A stretch of DNA of 64,000 bases, taken from NCBI GenBank assembly GCA_050273025.1, contig CP158636.1:2790001-2854000 (forward strand), written 5' to 3'. This DNA comes from Cenococcum geophilum (lineage: Eukaryota). The notes beneath the pieces are model-generated. The model was not told the DNA's origin and did not search any database. It saw nothing but the letters and a program-made list of their open reading frames with translations. Of this stretch, positions 51,201 to 64,000 are shown piece after piece; position 1 is the stretch's first letter, and every line of letters starts with the position of its first letter. Made by a program: the position numbers and the translations under genes.

Positions 51201-54200
51201 ATAACCTAATTAATTTTTAGATTGTATTTCTGTAACTAAGGCATTCCTAATACTGCCTTATTATTCCCTAATAGTAATATATTAAAAGACATCTTAATTT
51301 ATCTTCCCTTAATAGTTAGCTAAATAGGTCCTATTTTAAGATTAATAATACCTCCTCCGTAGGCTATTAGATTTCCTAAAATTATCACTAATAGATAAGG
51401 ACATTCCTTTTACCTATATAGTAACCCTATTTTTTTTAACTACTACTAGCAGAATATAGTTTCTTATTACTCTACTATCTATTAATACCCTAAACTGTTA
51501 ATCTTACTATTTAACTTATAAATTTAGGTATTATTCTTAAATTCCTTTAAGGGTCTAAGGGTCTACTACTAGCTCCCTCTAATCCCGTGGGCCTCTACTT
51601 TTCCCAACTATTAGCTACTAGATCCTGTTTATACTTAGTCCAACTTAGGCTAATACTTAGTTTATTTTTTATCTTTAATATGCCATAAATAGGTATTCTC
51701 TAGATATTCCCACCATTATTGTCTATCTAGGTATTCTTCCGTAAGGAATCTTCCTGGTTAAAGTATTAAGTCCCCTTGTTCTTAAACTTCTACTAGGTGC
51801 CAACTATGTATATACTTAGTATTTTGATACTTTACCTCGTCCGTTATCTAATACATTCTTATTAAATATTTTTAATTTTTATCCTTTAGTGCTCTATGCA
51901 TATTACACGCATTATCCACGTATATTATCCATAATAGTATATAATATGCTTAATATCTTAAGTCAACTCTCGGTTTATCTTCGTTCTTAAGTTTAAACCT
52001 TTCTTATATTAATCTAAGCGTAATAACTTCGTTTACAGGTACTAAGATTCGCCTTTTACTTCTTTAGTCCTCCAATTACTCCTCTAGATCCTTTAATATT
52101 ATAATTAAGGCCCCCTTAATATAAGTTATAGCCTTCTCTATAATCGGGTGGTCTTAGATAACTTTTTCGTCCAACTATATATAAAAATCTTCCTATTTAT
52201 CATTATATCGTTACCTATACTACTTTTAGTATAGCTGCTTAAGTATATACAGCTCGTCCGTAAGGAAATATCTCTTTATTACTACATTATAATAGCCTTT
52301 AGTATATTGTTCCTTAAACTTAGTAAGAATCCCTAGATCCTCTTCTTATTCCAGTTTAGTAAGCCACTTAGCTCTTAGTATGCCTACTCTAAGCCTATTA
52401 GTAATCCTTTATACTAGCGCTCTATCCTTTATACGTCCTAATATACTAAATCTCTTATCTAGTTTCTGTTCTTACTATAAGGTAATTCTTGCCCTAAATT
52501 CCTCTATAGTTTCCTTTACGTCGCGTCTTATAAGTAAATCCTTAAAGTTTTCTTACTTCCTAATCTTAGTATTAACTTTTTAATCTTTAAGCTGAATACT
52601 ATGTTCCCCTAGTAAGTCTTCTAGGTCTATATATCTATCTCCTAGTCTAATTACTATTTACGCTGCAGATTCTCTAATCTATAAAAAAGCTCTTTGCCTC
52701 TTACTTATAGGTATCCTAATTTACGCTCCGAATTCTTAGTCCCTTAGATTCTTTAATCCTAAGCTTACTTCTAACTTAAGTTTAGCTCCCACCTTAGTCT
52801 AACTAGGCGTCCATAATATTCTTATCTCGTCTTAAAAGTCTTAAATCTCACTTATCTCGTTTTAAGAGTCTTATACCGTTAGGAATTCTTATCCCAAGCT
52901 TATTTATATATCTTTAAACTAAGCTACTACCCTACTCTATCGGTTTTTATCTGTTATAGGTCCTTAGGTATACCTTATCTCACTTTAAAAATCTTAGTCG
53001 TCTCTTATCTCGTCTTAAGAATCTTAAGCCTTTAGCCTTTTGCCTTTATTAAGTGCCAAAGTAGTTCGCTATCCTACTTCTCTTATATCTTGCAAAGCGA
53101 TAGATATTATGTCTAGTAGGGTTTCGATCCCTACTAATGTTCCCTACTCTATAGTGAAATCATCCTCTGCCTCTAGTATAATATCTTTAAGGTCTATATG
53201 CTTCTAGTAAGCTGCTTTTATTACCTTATTATTATAAAATGTTTCGCCTACATTAAATTTATTATCCTTAATATCCGGTCTATAAACTGGTTTATTAGTT
53301 CCTCTATATTCTATAGGTATTAGCTCCTATAGCTAATAGCTTACGCTATACTTAGCGTCTTTATAAATTTAGTATACGTTATTATAACAGAACGTAAAAC
53401 TTCTAATTAAACACTCTTTTGTTTCTCGCAGTGCACTATCATTCCTCTATACGTATGTGTCTTCTACTATTAGTTTAGTTCCCTTTATTATATAGTAACT
53501 CTAACCATCTTTATAATCCCTCGCGAAGTAACCCTATTTCCTATAATTTATATAAGCTCCGTTCCTAAACTATTAACCTTATTATAGAGTCCGCCTAAAC
53601 GTCTTCTACTATTAAGATTCCTAGTTTAGCCTCTGCTCCTTAGTCCTATAATCACTAGATCCTTAACCTCTAGGTTTTTATAGTTTCTTACTCTATCTTT
53701 TATAGGCTTCTTTAGTACCACTTAGGTCCATTAGCTCTACGCCATACTATAGTTTCTAACTTAGCTTTAGTTATTACGTACTTTACGTTTTATATAACTA
53801 TAAAACTCTATCCTAGCCCTTCTTAGCCTATTCCCTTTAGAAGATCCTATTGTTAATCTTAATTACTTAATCTATTAATTCCCTAAGGGTGTCCGCATCT
53901 TCTATTAGAATAATTACGTCCTAGACTTTAGCCTTAAGTCTTTGTTTATACTATACTATAAGTGCCTTATTATTCCATTCGACCTATATTATAAGTATCT
54001 AAAACTGCGTTATATACTTAATTGCTAAAGTTCGCTGTATTAGGTCCTAAAGCTTTCTCTTTACTATAGTTGTTACTTCTAGGTCCCTAAATATCTATAT
54101 TAATCGTTCCGCAAATCCTACCTAGCTAAAAAATATAAATCGTACTTTTTAATTAGTAGTAGTTATTCCGTAAGTCTATATTTCTATTAAGTAAGGTTTA

Positions 54201-55877
54201 AACCATTTAAGTGCCTAACCTGTTAGGAATAGTCCTGCGTAGGCTATCTAGTCCATTATTATAGCTAACTTAGCCCCTTCTTATATGACTTTAAAATGCA
54301 TTTACGTTAGAAATCCTTTAAGCTTCGATCTCTCTCCTAAGAATTATTCGATTAATAGTAACTTAACCTTTACTACTCTAATTCCATTAAGTCTGGTTTT
54401 AAGTACCATATTATTTTCTATTAATTAATCCACTATTTCCTATAATTGTCCTACCGTTACAGGTTATTGCGAGTTAGTGTCCACTATACTAGTGTTACCC
54501 CCTAACCTTAAAGTAGTTGCCGCCGTTAATAGCGTTATAGTGGCTGCTTTTAGTGGCATGTTATTTAACTTTCTATATTTAATACTATAACTAGGTAGTA
54601 ATTGTGTAACGGAACCTTATAGTAGGAACTATAATAGGTTCTATTAATAGGCTAGGTGTATAGAAAATGCAAAGATAGTAGTTAATAACATAGTTATAAC
54701 TAGTGGAGTGGTTGCCTAATAGATTAACTCTAATTATATTTTAAGAATTACTATAAGAAAAGAACTATCTAGGTAGGGACTAAGGGTCCTTAAATACACA
54801 ACTGTACTCCTATAAAATCCTCCTTATATGTAATATACGTGTTATATATAAGGTATATAAGTTCCCTTTATTCCTTGCGTTTTTTTACATAGCACCTTAT
54901 GTGACCTCGGCTACTATTCCTCGTTATATAGTTCCACGGGTTCTATCCTAGACCGTGTTTATATTAACTAACTAGCTTCTTCTAACTCTTCTCCAAGTAG
55001 TTATAATATCGTACTTAAAGCGTCTGTAATAGCAGGTACTAAAATACGTCTCTTACTTCTCTAGTCCTTTAATCGTTTCTCTAAATCTTTTAACGTTATA
55101 ATTAAGGCTCCCTTAATATGATTTATTGCTTTTTCCATAATTAGGTAGTCTTAGATAACTTTCTCGTCTAACTATATATAGAAATCTTCCTACTTATTAT
55201 TGTATTGTTGCCTATACCACTTTTAGTATAGCTATTAGAGTATATATGGTTTATTTATAAGGAAGTATCTTCTTATTACTACGTTATAATAGCCTTTTAT
55301 ATATCGTTTTTTAAACCTAATAGGAATCCCTAGATCCTCTTCTTGTTCTAGTTTAATAAGCCACTTAGCTCTTAGTATGCCTGTTTTTGGTCTATTAGTA
55401 ATTCTTTATACTAGTACTCTGTCCTTTATACGTCCCAATATGCTAAATCTCTTATCTAGTTTCTTTTCTTACTATAAGGTAATTCTTGCTCTGAATTCCT
55501 TTATGGTTTCTTTCTTTTCGCGCCTTATAAGTGGATTCTTAAAGTCTTCTTACTTCTTAATCACTATATTGACTTTTTAATCTTTAGTCTAAACATTTTA
55601 TTTTACTAGTAAGTCCTCTAGGTCTATATATCTATCTCCTAGTCTAACTGCTGTTTATATTGCTGATTCTCTAATCTATAACAAAGCCGTTTACTTCTTA
55701 CTTATAGGTGTCCTTATTTATACTCCAAACTCTTAACCCCTTAAATTCTTTAATTCTAAGCTTACTTCTAACTTAAGCTTAGCTCTAGCCTTAGTCTAAT
55801 TAGGCTTTACTAGTGTCCTTATCTTATCTTAAGAGTTCTAGATCTTACTTATCTTGTCTTAAAAATCTTATACTATT

Positions 55878-58800
55878 TGTAACGGAACCTTATAGTAAGA
55901 ACTACGATGGGCTCGTTATTGGGCTAGGTATATAGGAAATATAAGTATAAAAGTCAACAACGTAATAACAACTGGTGGAGTGGTTGCCCAATAAATTAAC
56001 TCTAATTGTATTCTGAGAATTACTATAAAGAAGGAACTATCTAGGTAGGGACTAAGGGTCCTTAAATACACAACCGTATTCCTATAAAATCCTTCTTATA
56101 CGTAATATACGTCTTATACATAAGGTATATAAGTTCCTCTTATTCCTCTTGTTTAATATATAGCACATTATATAACCTTAGTTACTATTCCTTATTATAT
56201 AGTTCTATCGGCTCTATCCTAGACCGTGCCTAAATTAACTAACTAGCTTCTTCCGTCTTTTCTCTAAGTAGTTATAACATTGTACTTAAAGCGTCCGTAA
56301 TACTATCTCCCTCCTCTTTATCTTCGTCCTTAAAGATTTAAAATATCTCTAAGTTATTTACTAAAGGTATAATATCCGTCTGATTAATTTAGTTAATATT
56401 ATTGCTTATTATGCCTAAAGCAATTTCTTCTTTATACGCCCAACGTTGTGCTTGCACTATTGCTGCAATATTATCTCTTAGTAAGATTATACCGTCTCCA
56501 TGTTCTTATTGTTTAAAAGAGGGGTTAGTTTATATTACGTTAGCGAACCCATCTTTACAACAACCGTCTTCTTACTTAGAGTGTACTAAAGCGAATATTC
56601 GTTTATTCTATGACGTTTGCTCTACTTCTAATACTAAATATACGCGACCTATTACTCTTAATAGTTATCTGGTTCCCTAATTAATTTATCTTAGGGTCTT
56701 ATATTTAATCTGCTGCTATATAGCTAGATAGTAAACTATTATAAGCCCTTACTAAGTTAGAATGTTTCCGTGACGCGGAATAGAAGGCCCTAAATACTTA
56801 AATTATGGCATTTGCTCATCTGCTTTGTCTTAAAAAGGTTTATAAGAAGGTTTGTTTTAAGGAGTAGAAACTTATAAAATAAGGTCTATAGGAGCTAGGT
56901 AATAAAAGAACGGATTTTTCTCTAATAGAGAAGGAAACAGATCCGAGTAGTTCGGTAACTACTCTTCTTAGGTCCCCCTTAGGTAACTTATTCTTTAGTA
57001 ATCCTTCTTTATTAATACTACTTAACCTAATCTCTTTTAATACTCCTATACCTTTCCTATAGCGTTTTTTAAATTCTTTAGTAGCTCCTAGGTAGTCTTA
57101 GTATAGCCTATCCACTTAACCTTATACTATATTTCGTCGTTAATATCCTTATAATTAATAATCTTTAAAACTTACTATTTGTCTTCTTTTTATCCTCTAT
57201 ACATGTCTACTTTATAGGCCGGTGGCTTAATATCCCTATATACTAGCTCTAGTATTACGATATACTATATAGGGTAGATCTTTATTTTAGCTGGTAGGTT
57301 TAACTTAAACATAACCAGTAAAATTCTCTATATAATTTTAAAAGGTCCTAGTCTAACGTAGTTTAATTTCTTACTTAGTTGTTAACTTTTAAAATTTTTA
57401 TATAGTAGCTATACTTTATCTCCCTCCTTAAGATCTGGTCCCTTAGATCTCTTAGCATTATAGTACTTTTTTATTCTCTGCTGTACTTCCTTAGCTATCT
57501 CTATAAGGTCTATATAAAGATTTATTAAATCCTTTATTCTTTCTTTAGCTATACTACTTGTTTTCTTTACTTGCCGTAGTAACAACGATATTCTTAGCTT
57601 ATATCTATAATTTGCCTTAAATGGTAATATGCCTATTCCTTCTTAAGGTGTTATATTATATACAAACTATATAACTAGTAATAGCAATATCTAATTATTC
57701 TATATATGATTAATATAATGCCTTAGATATTATTCTAGTGTCTAGTTTAATCTTTCCGTTTAACTATCTATTTGTAGATAATATGCGGTAGAAGTTACTA
57801 CTTAAACTCCTTGCTCCGCTAAGAATACTTCCTAAAATACTGCTATAAATCTTAGATCTCTATCCAATATGATTTTGCTTAGTGCTCTATGTCTTGTAAA
57901 TACTTCTTTAATATAGATTTTAGCGACATCTTCCGCTAAGATTTCTTCTGTATATGCTATAAAGTATCCCTACTTTATAAGCTTATCCACTATTACTAAG
58001 ATCGCGTTATAATCTTGCCCGGTAATAGGGTCTTTTAATTTTAGTAATTTAATAATAAAGTTCTATAATATAACCTCCTATAGTCTCTCTAGTATTTTAA
58101 TAGGTTATAGCCCTCTATACGGCTTATGCCTTATTAATTTATTCCTTTAGTAATTTAGATATTCCTTTATAATTTTTCTAGCTATCCTTTAGATCCTATC
58201 AATAATATATTCCTTCTAGAGTCTTAATACTAAGCCTATAGCCCTATTATGTCCTTAAGTTAGTCCCTTATAGAAGTCTTCTATAAACTACTCTGCTATA
58301 CTTCTTAAGATATACTTTACTTTTTAATTTTCGTATATATCCGTCTATAGATCTTCTAGCTATACTTCTAGAATTCTTTATACCTAAAAGCTTTCTAGTA
58401 TCTCGTAGACTTTCTCTAGTTTATTATCTTCTTAAGTTACTATAATTTTTGGATAATTATACCTAATTAATCCGTCTATATCTTTTCGCAATAAAGCCCC
58501 TAATAGCTTTTCCTTATTTTATAGTTTAGCTTTACGGCTTAAAGCATCTGCCCGCGTATTATCTGTACCCTTAGTATACTAAATCTTAAAATAGTATTCC
58601 GTAAGTATCTCTGCCTATCTAACCTATTTTTAGTTAAGTTCCTTTATTATTAGAAATCCTATTAGGTTTTTATAATCCATCTTAACTATAAATAGTTTCT
58701 TTATACCTTATAAGAATGCCCTCTATTCCTTTAATATTATAACTATACCTAATAACTCCTTATTATAGATGTTATAGTTTAACTCTAGTAGTATTATCTT

Positions 58801-61800
58801 CCAACTATAGTATACCACTGGGTGCCATCTATCTTAATACCTTTATATAAAGTACGCCCCTAGTATATAGTCTAATATATCTATCTTTATAACCGTCTCT
58901 AGTCCTAGTTAATAGATTTTAAGAACTGGCTCCTAGGTAAATAACTCTTTAACTTTCTTAAAGAGTTCTTTTTACTCCTCTCCCTATGCCCATAGTTCTT
59001 CTTTCTTTATTAATTGCGTAAATAGCTTAATATCCTTTAACCACTACGCTATAAACCTTCTACAGTAATTGTAGAACCCTAGAAACAATCTTAACTATAT
59101 AACATTCTCTAGTTCCTACTAATTCACTATAGCCTTAATCTTCTTTAGATCTATACTAAGTTAGCCTAGTTTAATAATAAATCTAACGAAATTAGTCTTC
59201 CTAGTAAAGAACTCGCATTTCTTAATTGCTACTAGTATCTATTCTTCTTATAGTCTCCTTAAGACCTATTTAACATATTCCCTATATTCTTCCTTAGTTA
59301 TTAAGTAGATAATAATATTGTTAAGATATACTATAACAAATTTATCTAAGTGTTTTCTTAATATATTGTTAATACGTTTCTAGAATATTACTGGTGCGTT
59401 TATAAGCCTAAATTGTATAACTAATAGTTTATACAGTCCTTCTTTTAACCTAAATACTACCTTCTATTTATTGCCTTCCTTAATTCTAATCTAATAGTAT
59501 GCCCATCTTAGATCTATCTTTATAAAGATTTATATATTACCTATCCTGTTTTAGATTTTACTAATTAAGGGTAAAGGATACCTATCCTTCTTAGTAATGC
59601 TATTTAACTATCTATAGTTAATATACAGCCTTAGTTTGCTATTTTTCTTTAGTATAAATAGTACTAGATAACCCGCTAATAATTGCGATGGTCTAATATA
59701 TTCCTTTTATAGGTTTTCCTGGATAAACTCTTTTAATACTCTACCTTCTTCTTTAGTAAGCTTATAGATTAGAAAAAACCTTAGACTTATTTTTAGCTCT
59801 AATTCTATCTTATAGTTCTATGCTATATACTTTAACAGCTTCTTACTTTTTAGTAACCATAGTTTCTTACTATACTTATAGTATCTCTTTAGTATATAAC
59901 TTAATCCTTTTTCTATTTCTTTATAGGTTACTCCTACTTAGTACTATACTAACTTAGCTTATTATTATATTTTACAGCGTTAAGTATTTTTAATATTAAC
60001 CTAACCTATAATCTAATCGATTCTTAGATTGTATTTCTATAACTAAGGTATACCTAATACTGCCTTATCCTATTCTAATAGTAGGATATTAAAAGATATC
60101 TTAATTTATCTTCCTTTAATAGTTATCTAAATAGGTCCTATTTTAAGATTAATAATCCCTCCTCTATAGGTTATTAGATCCCCTAAAATTATAACTAATA
60201 GGTAAAATTACTTCTTTTATTTATAAAGTAGTCCTATTCTCTTAACTACTACTAATAAGATATAGTTTCGCATTACTCTACTATCTATTAGCGCTTTAAA
60301 CTGCTAATCTTACTAATTAATTTATAAATTTAGGTGTTATCCTTAAATTCCTTTAAGGGTCTAAGGCTCTACTACTAGCTCCCTCTAGTCCTATAGGCCT
60401 CTACTTTTCCTAACTATTAGCTACTTAATTCTAGTATACTTGGCTCGCTCTTTAGCCAATACTTAGTTCGCTTTTTATCTTTAATATACTATAGATACAT
60501 ATTTTCTAGGTATTTCCACTACTATTATCTATCTAAGTATTCTTTTATAAGGAATCTTCCTAGTTAAAGTACTATACTTCCTTCCTCTTAGACCTCTACT
60601 GAATGCTATCTATATATATATTTGGCATTCCTATACTATTACTTATCTATTATCCAGTATATTCTCACAGGGTATTTCTAATTCTTTTCCTTTAGATTCT
60701 TATATATTTTATATATATTATCCACGCACGCAATCTATAATAACGTATAGTGTACTAGGTGCTTTAGGTTAACTCTTAGCTTATTTTTATCCCTAAGTTT
60801 AAACCTTTATTATGCTAATCTAAACGTTACAACTTTATTTATAGGTACTAAGATATATCTCTTACTTCTCTAGTCCTTTAAACGTTCCTCTAAATCCTTT
60901 AATATTATAATTAAGGCTCCTTTAATATACGTTATAGCCTTTTCTATAATTAGGTGGTCCTAGATAACTTTTTTATCTAACTATATATAGAAATCTTCCC
61001 ACTTATTATTATGCCTTTGCCTATACTACTTTTAGTATAGCTACTAGAGTATATACGGTCTATCCATAAGGAAATATCTTCTTATTACTACGTCATAACA
61101 GCCCTTTATATATCGTTCTTTAAACCTAGTTAAAATCCCTAGATCCTCTTCATTTTCTAATTTAGTAAGCTACTTAGCTCTTAATATGCCTGCTCTTGGC
61201 CTATTAGTAATTCTTTATACTAGTACTCTATCCTTTATACATCCTAATATACTAGATCTCTTATCTAGTTTCTATTCTTACTATGTGATAATTCTTTACC
61301 TAAACTCTTCTATAGTTTCTTTTGGTTTACGCCTTGCGCTCTAATCCTTAAAGTTATCTTACTTCTTAATCCTAGTATTAAACTTTTAATCTTTAGGCTG
61401 AACACTACGTTCCCCTAGTAAGTCTTCTAGGTCTATATATCTGTCTTTTAGTCTAACTACTATTTATATTATAGATTCTCTAATCTATAAAGAAGCTTCT
61501 TACCTCTTACCTATAGGTGTCCTTATTTATACTCTAAAATCTTAGTCCCTTAGATTCTTTAATCCTAAGCTTGCTTCTAACTTAAGCTTAGCTCCCACCT
61601 TAGTCCAACTAGGCATCCATAGTGTTCTTATCTCATCTTAAGAGTCTTAAATCTTACTTATCTCGTCTTAAGAGTCTTATATCTATAGAAAACTTTATCC
61701 TAAGCTTATTCGTATATTTCTAAACTAAGCTACTACCCTACTCCATCAGTTTTCGTCCATTATAAGTCCTAGGGTATGCCTTATCTTATCTTAAGAATCT

Positions 61801-63828
61801 TAGTCGTCTTTTATCTCATCTTAAGAATCTTAAGCCTTTAGCCTTTTACCTTTATTAAGTGCTGAAGTAGTTCGCTATTCTACTTCTCTTACATCTTATA
61901 AAGCGATAGACATTATATTTAGTAGGGTTTCGATCCCTACTAATATTCCCTATTTTATAGTGGAATTATCCTCTACCTCTAGTATAATATCTTTAAGGTC
62001 TACTCGCTCCTAATAAGCAGCCCTTATTACTTTATTATTACGAAATATTTCGCTTAAGTTAAATTTATCGTCCTTAATATCCCATCTACGAACTAGTTCG
62101 TTAGTTCCCCTATATCCTATAGGTGCTAGCTCTTATAGCTAATAGCTTACGCTATACTTAGCGTTTTTATAAATTCGGTATACATTATTATAACAAAATA
62201 CAAAACTTTTAATTAAATATTTTTTTGTTCCTCACAGTATATTATCGTCCCTCTATATATATATATTATCTACTAGTCTTATACCTTTTACTATATAGTA
62301 ATTCTGCCCACTTCTATAGTCTCTAATATAATAACCCTATTTTCCGCAATTTATATAAGCTCCTTTTTTAAACCATTTCTCTTACTATAAAGTCCGCCTA
62401 AATGTCTTCTACTATTAAGATCCCTAATTCAGCCTTTACTCCTTAGACCTTTAATTACTTAATCTTTATCCTTTAGGTTTCTATAGTTTGCTCTATTTCT
62501 TATAGGCTTCTTTAGTACTACTTAGGTCTATTAGCTCTACGCTATACTATAGTTTCTAACTTAGCTTTTATTGTTATATACTCTGCGCCTTATATAACTA
62601 TAGAACTCTATCCTAGCCTCTCTTAGCCTATTCCCTTTAGTAGATCCAATTATTAATCTTAATCGCCTAATTTATTAGTTCCCTTAGGGTATCCGCATCT
62701 TCTATTAGAATAATTACGTCCTAGACTTTAGCCTTAAGTCCCTATTTATACTATGCTATAAGCGCCCTATTATTCTATTCTACTTATATTACTAGTGTTT
62801 AGAACTATATTATATACTTAATTACTAAAATTCATTACACGAGGTTCTAGAGTTTTCTTTTTACTATAGTTGTTTCTTCCGGGTCTCTAAATATCTGCGT
62901 AAGTTATTTTATAAATCCTTCCTAACTTAAGAATATAAATTATATATCTTAGTTAGTGGTTATCATTCCGTTTACCTATATCTCTATAAAATAAGGTTTA
63001 AACCACTTAAGTGCTTTTCCTAATAAGAATAGTCCTATATAGGCTATCCGATCCACGGGTGTAGGTAACTTTACTCCCTCCTATAAAACCTTAAAGTGTA
63101 TTTGTGTAAGGAATCCTTTAAGCTTTAACCTCTCTTCTATAAATCTCTTAATTAATAGTAGCTTAATCTTTACTGCTCCTATCCTATTAAGTCTTTCTTC
63201 TAATACTATATTATTAGCTATTAACTAGTTAACTATTTCCTATAGCTGTCCGACCGTTATAGGTTGCTATAAGTTAGTATCTGCCATACTGGTATTACCT
63301 TCTGTCCTTAAAGTAGTTGCTGCCGTTAATAGCATCATAGTGGCTGCTTTTAGTGGCATGTTGTTCGACTTCTTATATTAATACTATAACTAGGTAGTGA
63401 TTATATAACAGAACCTTATAGCAAAAACTACAATGGGCTCGTTATTAGGCTAGGTATATAGGAAATATAAGTATAAAAGTCAACAACGTAATAACAACTA
63501 GTGGAGTAGTTGCCTAACAGATTAACTCTAATTATATTCTAAGAATTACTATAAAGAAGGAACTATCTAGGTAGGGATTAAGGGTCCTTAAATACACAAC
63601 CGTACTCCTATAAAATCCTTTTTATACGTAATATACGTCTTATATATAAGGTACGTAAGTTCCTTTTATTCCTCTCGTTTAATACATAGCACATCATATA
63701 ACCTTAGTTACTATTCCTCGTCACATAGTTCTATTAGCTCCATCCTAGACCGTGCCTAAATTAACCAACTAGCTTCTTCCGTCTCTTCTCCAAGTAGTCG
63801 TAATATCGTACTTAAAGCGTCCGTAACA
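55878..63828 (-). mobile_element. Full-length Gypsy F-d (7.95 kb) nested in F-b
   Basis: LTRs 55878-56302 and 63404-63828; TSD CTATT (55873-55877, 63829-63833); gag ATG at 63359; RT YLNN ~59320; chromodomain ~57050-57180. Confidence 0.93.
56411..57095 (+). pseudogene. Antisense Cys6/coiled-coil gene of F-d; inferred exons 56411-56639 and 56695-57095
   Basis: MPKAISSLYAQRCACTIAAILSLSKIIPSPCSYCLKEGLVYITLANPSLQQPSSYLECTKANIRLFYDV; removing a 55-nt intron leaves 630 nt = 210 codons. Confidence 0.65.
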
Positions 63829-64000
63829 CTATTAGGAAACTTCGTCCTAAGCTTATTTATATATTACTAAACTAAGCTATCGCTCTATCCTATTGGTTTT
63901 CGTCTATTATAGGTCCTTAAGCATACCTTATCTTATCTTAAAAATCTTAGTCGTCTCTTATCTCGTCTTAAGAATCTTAAGCCTTTAGCCTTTTGCCTTT

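Larger units (their letters stand above)
44567..55031 (-). mobile_element. Full-length Gypsy F-c nested in F-b (contains insertion H)
   Basis: LTRs 44567-44992 and 54605-55031; TSD GCGGG/GCAGG (one transition); gag ATG at 54559 (MPLKAAT). Confidence 0.92.
37657..64000 (-). mobile_element. Gypsy F-b nested in F-a: 3' LTR 37657-38082; own sequence 38083-38851, 40804-44566, 55037-55877, 63834->64000
   Basis: LTR + PPT; IN, RH, RT (VYLNNII ~43040), PR. The sequence rejoins across insertions G, F-c and F-d when aligned to sister copies. Confidence 0.88.

Noticed and set aside
52380..52583. Plus-strand ORFs 52380..52583, 55377..55580, 43457..43657 and 44774..45142 as extra genes
   Set aside because: Short antisense frames of RIPed gag-pol/LTR sequence without motifs; their similarity reflects copy homology only.
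1..64000. Starship-type giant element or telomere-associated repeats
   Set aside because: No tyrosine-recombinase (DUF3435) captain recognised and no TTAGGG arrays in the window.

Overview
Filamentous ascomycete (Pezizomycotina-type) DNA at the border of a gene-bearing, GC-balanced segment (1-~6280) and a >57 kb AT-rich block of nested transposons mutated by repeat-induced point mutation (RIP). RIP evidence: TpA excess, RT YLDD motifs turned into YLNN, and paired LTRs of Gypsy B differing only by transitions. Two spliced host genes are supported. The first is a minus-strand gene running off the left edge that joins three CCHC-type zinc knuckles to a GIY-YIG-like nuclease domain and a possible uracil-DNA-glycosylase-like fold. 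The second is a plus-strand Hva1/DUF2945-like Tudor protein with an AT-hook. The repeat block resolves by LTRs, TIRs and target-site duplications (TSDs) into a 7-8 level nest: a Copia relic; Gypsy elements A, B, D and four self-nested copies of Gypsy family F; a deleted Copia-like element C; Tad1-like LINE pieces including a ~2.2 kb fold-back palindrome; a solo LTR; two MITEs; and three non-autonomous TIR elements (X, G, H) filled with shared minisatellite modules. Best leads: the ZnK-GIY-YIG-UDG-like gene, a spliced antisense Cys6 gene carried by all four F copies, the minisatellite-shuffling TIR elements, and Tf1-type self-priming signals. All coordinates and translations were read by eye and no database searches were run.
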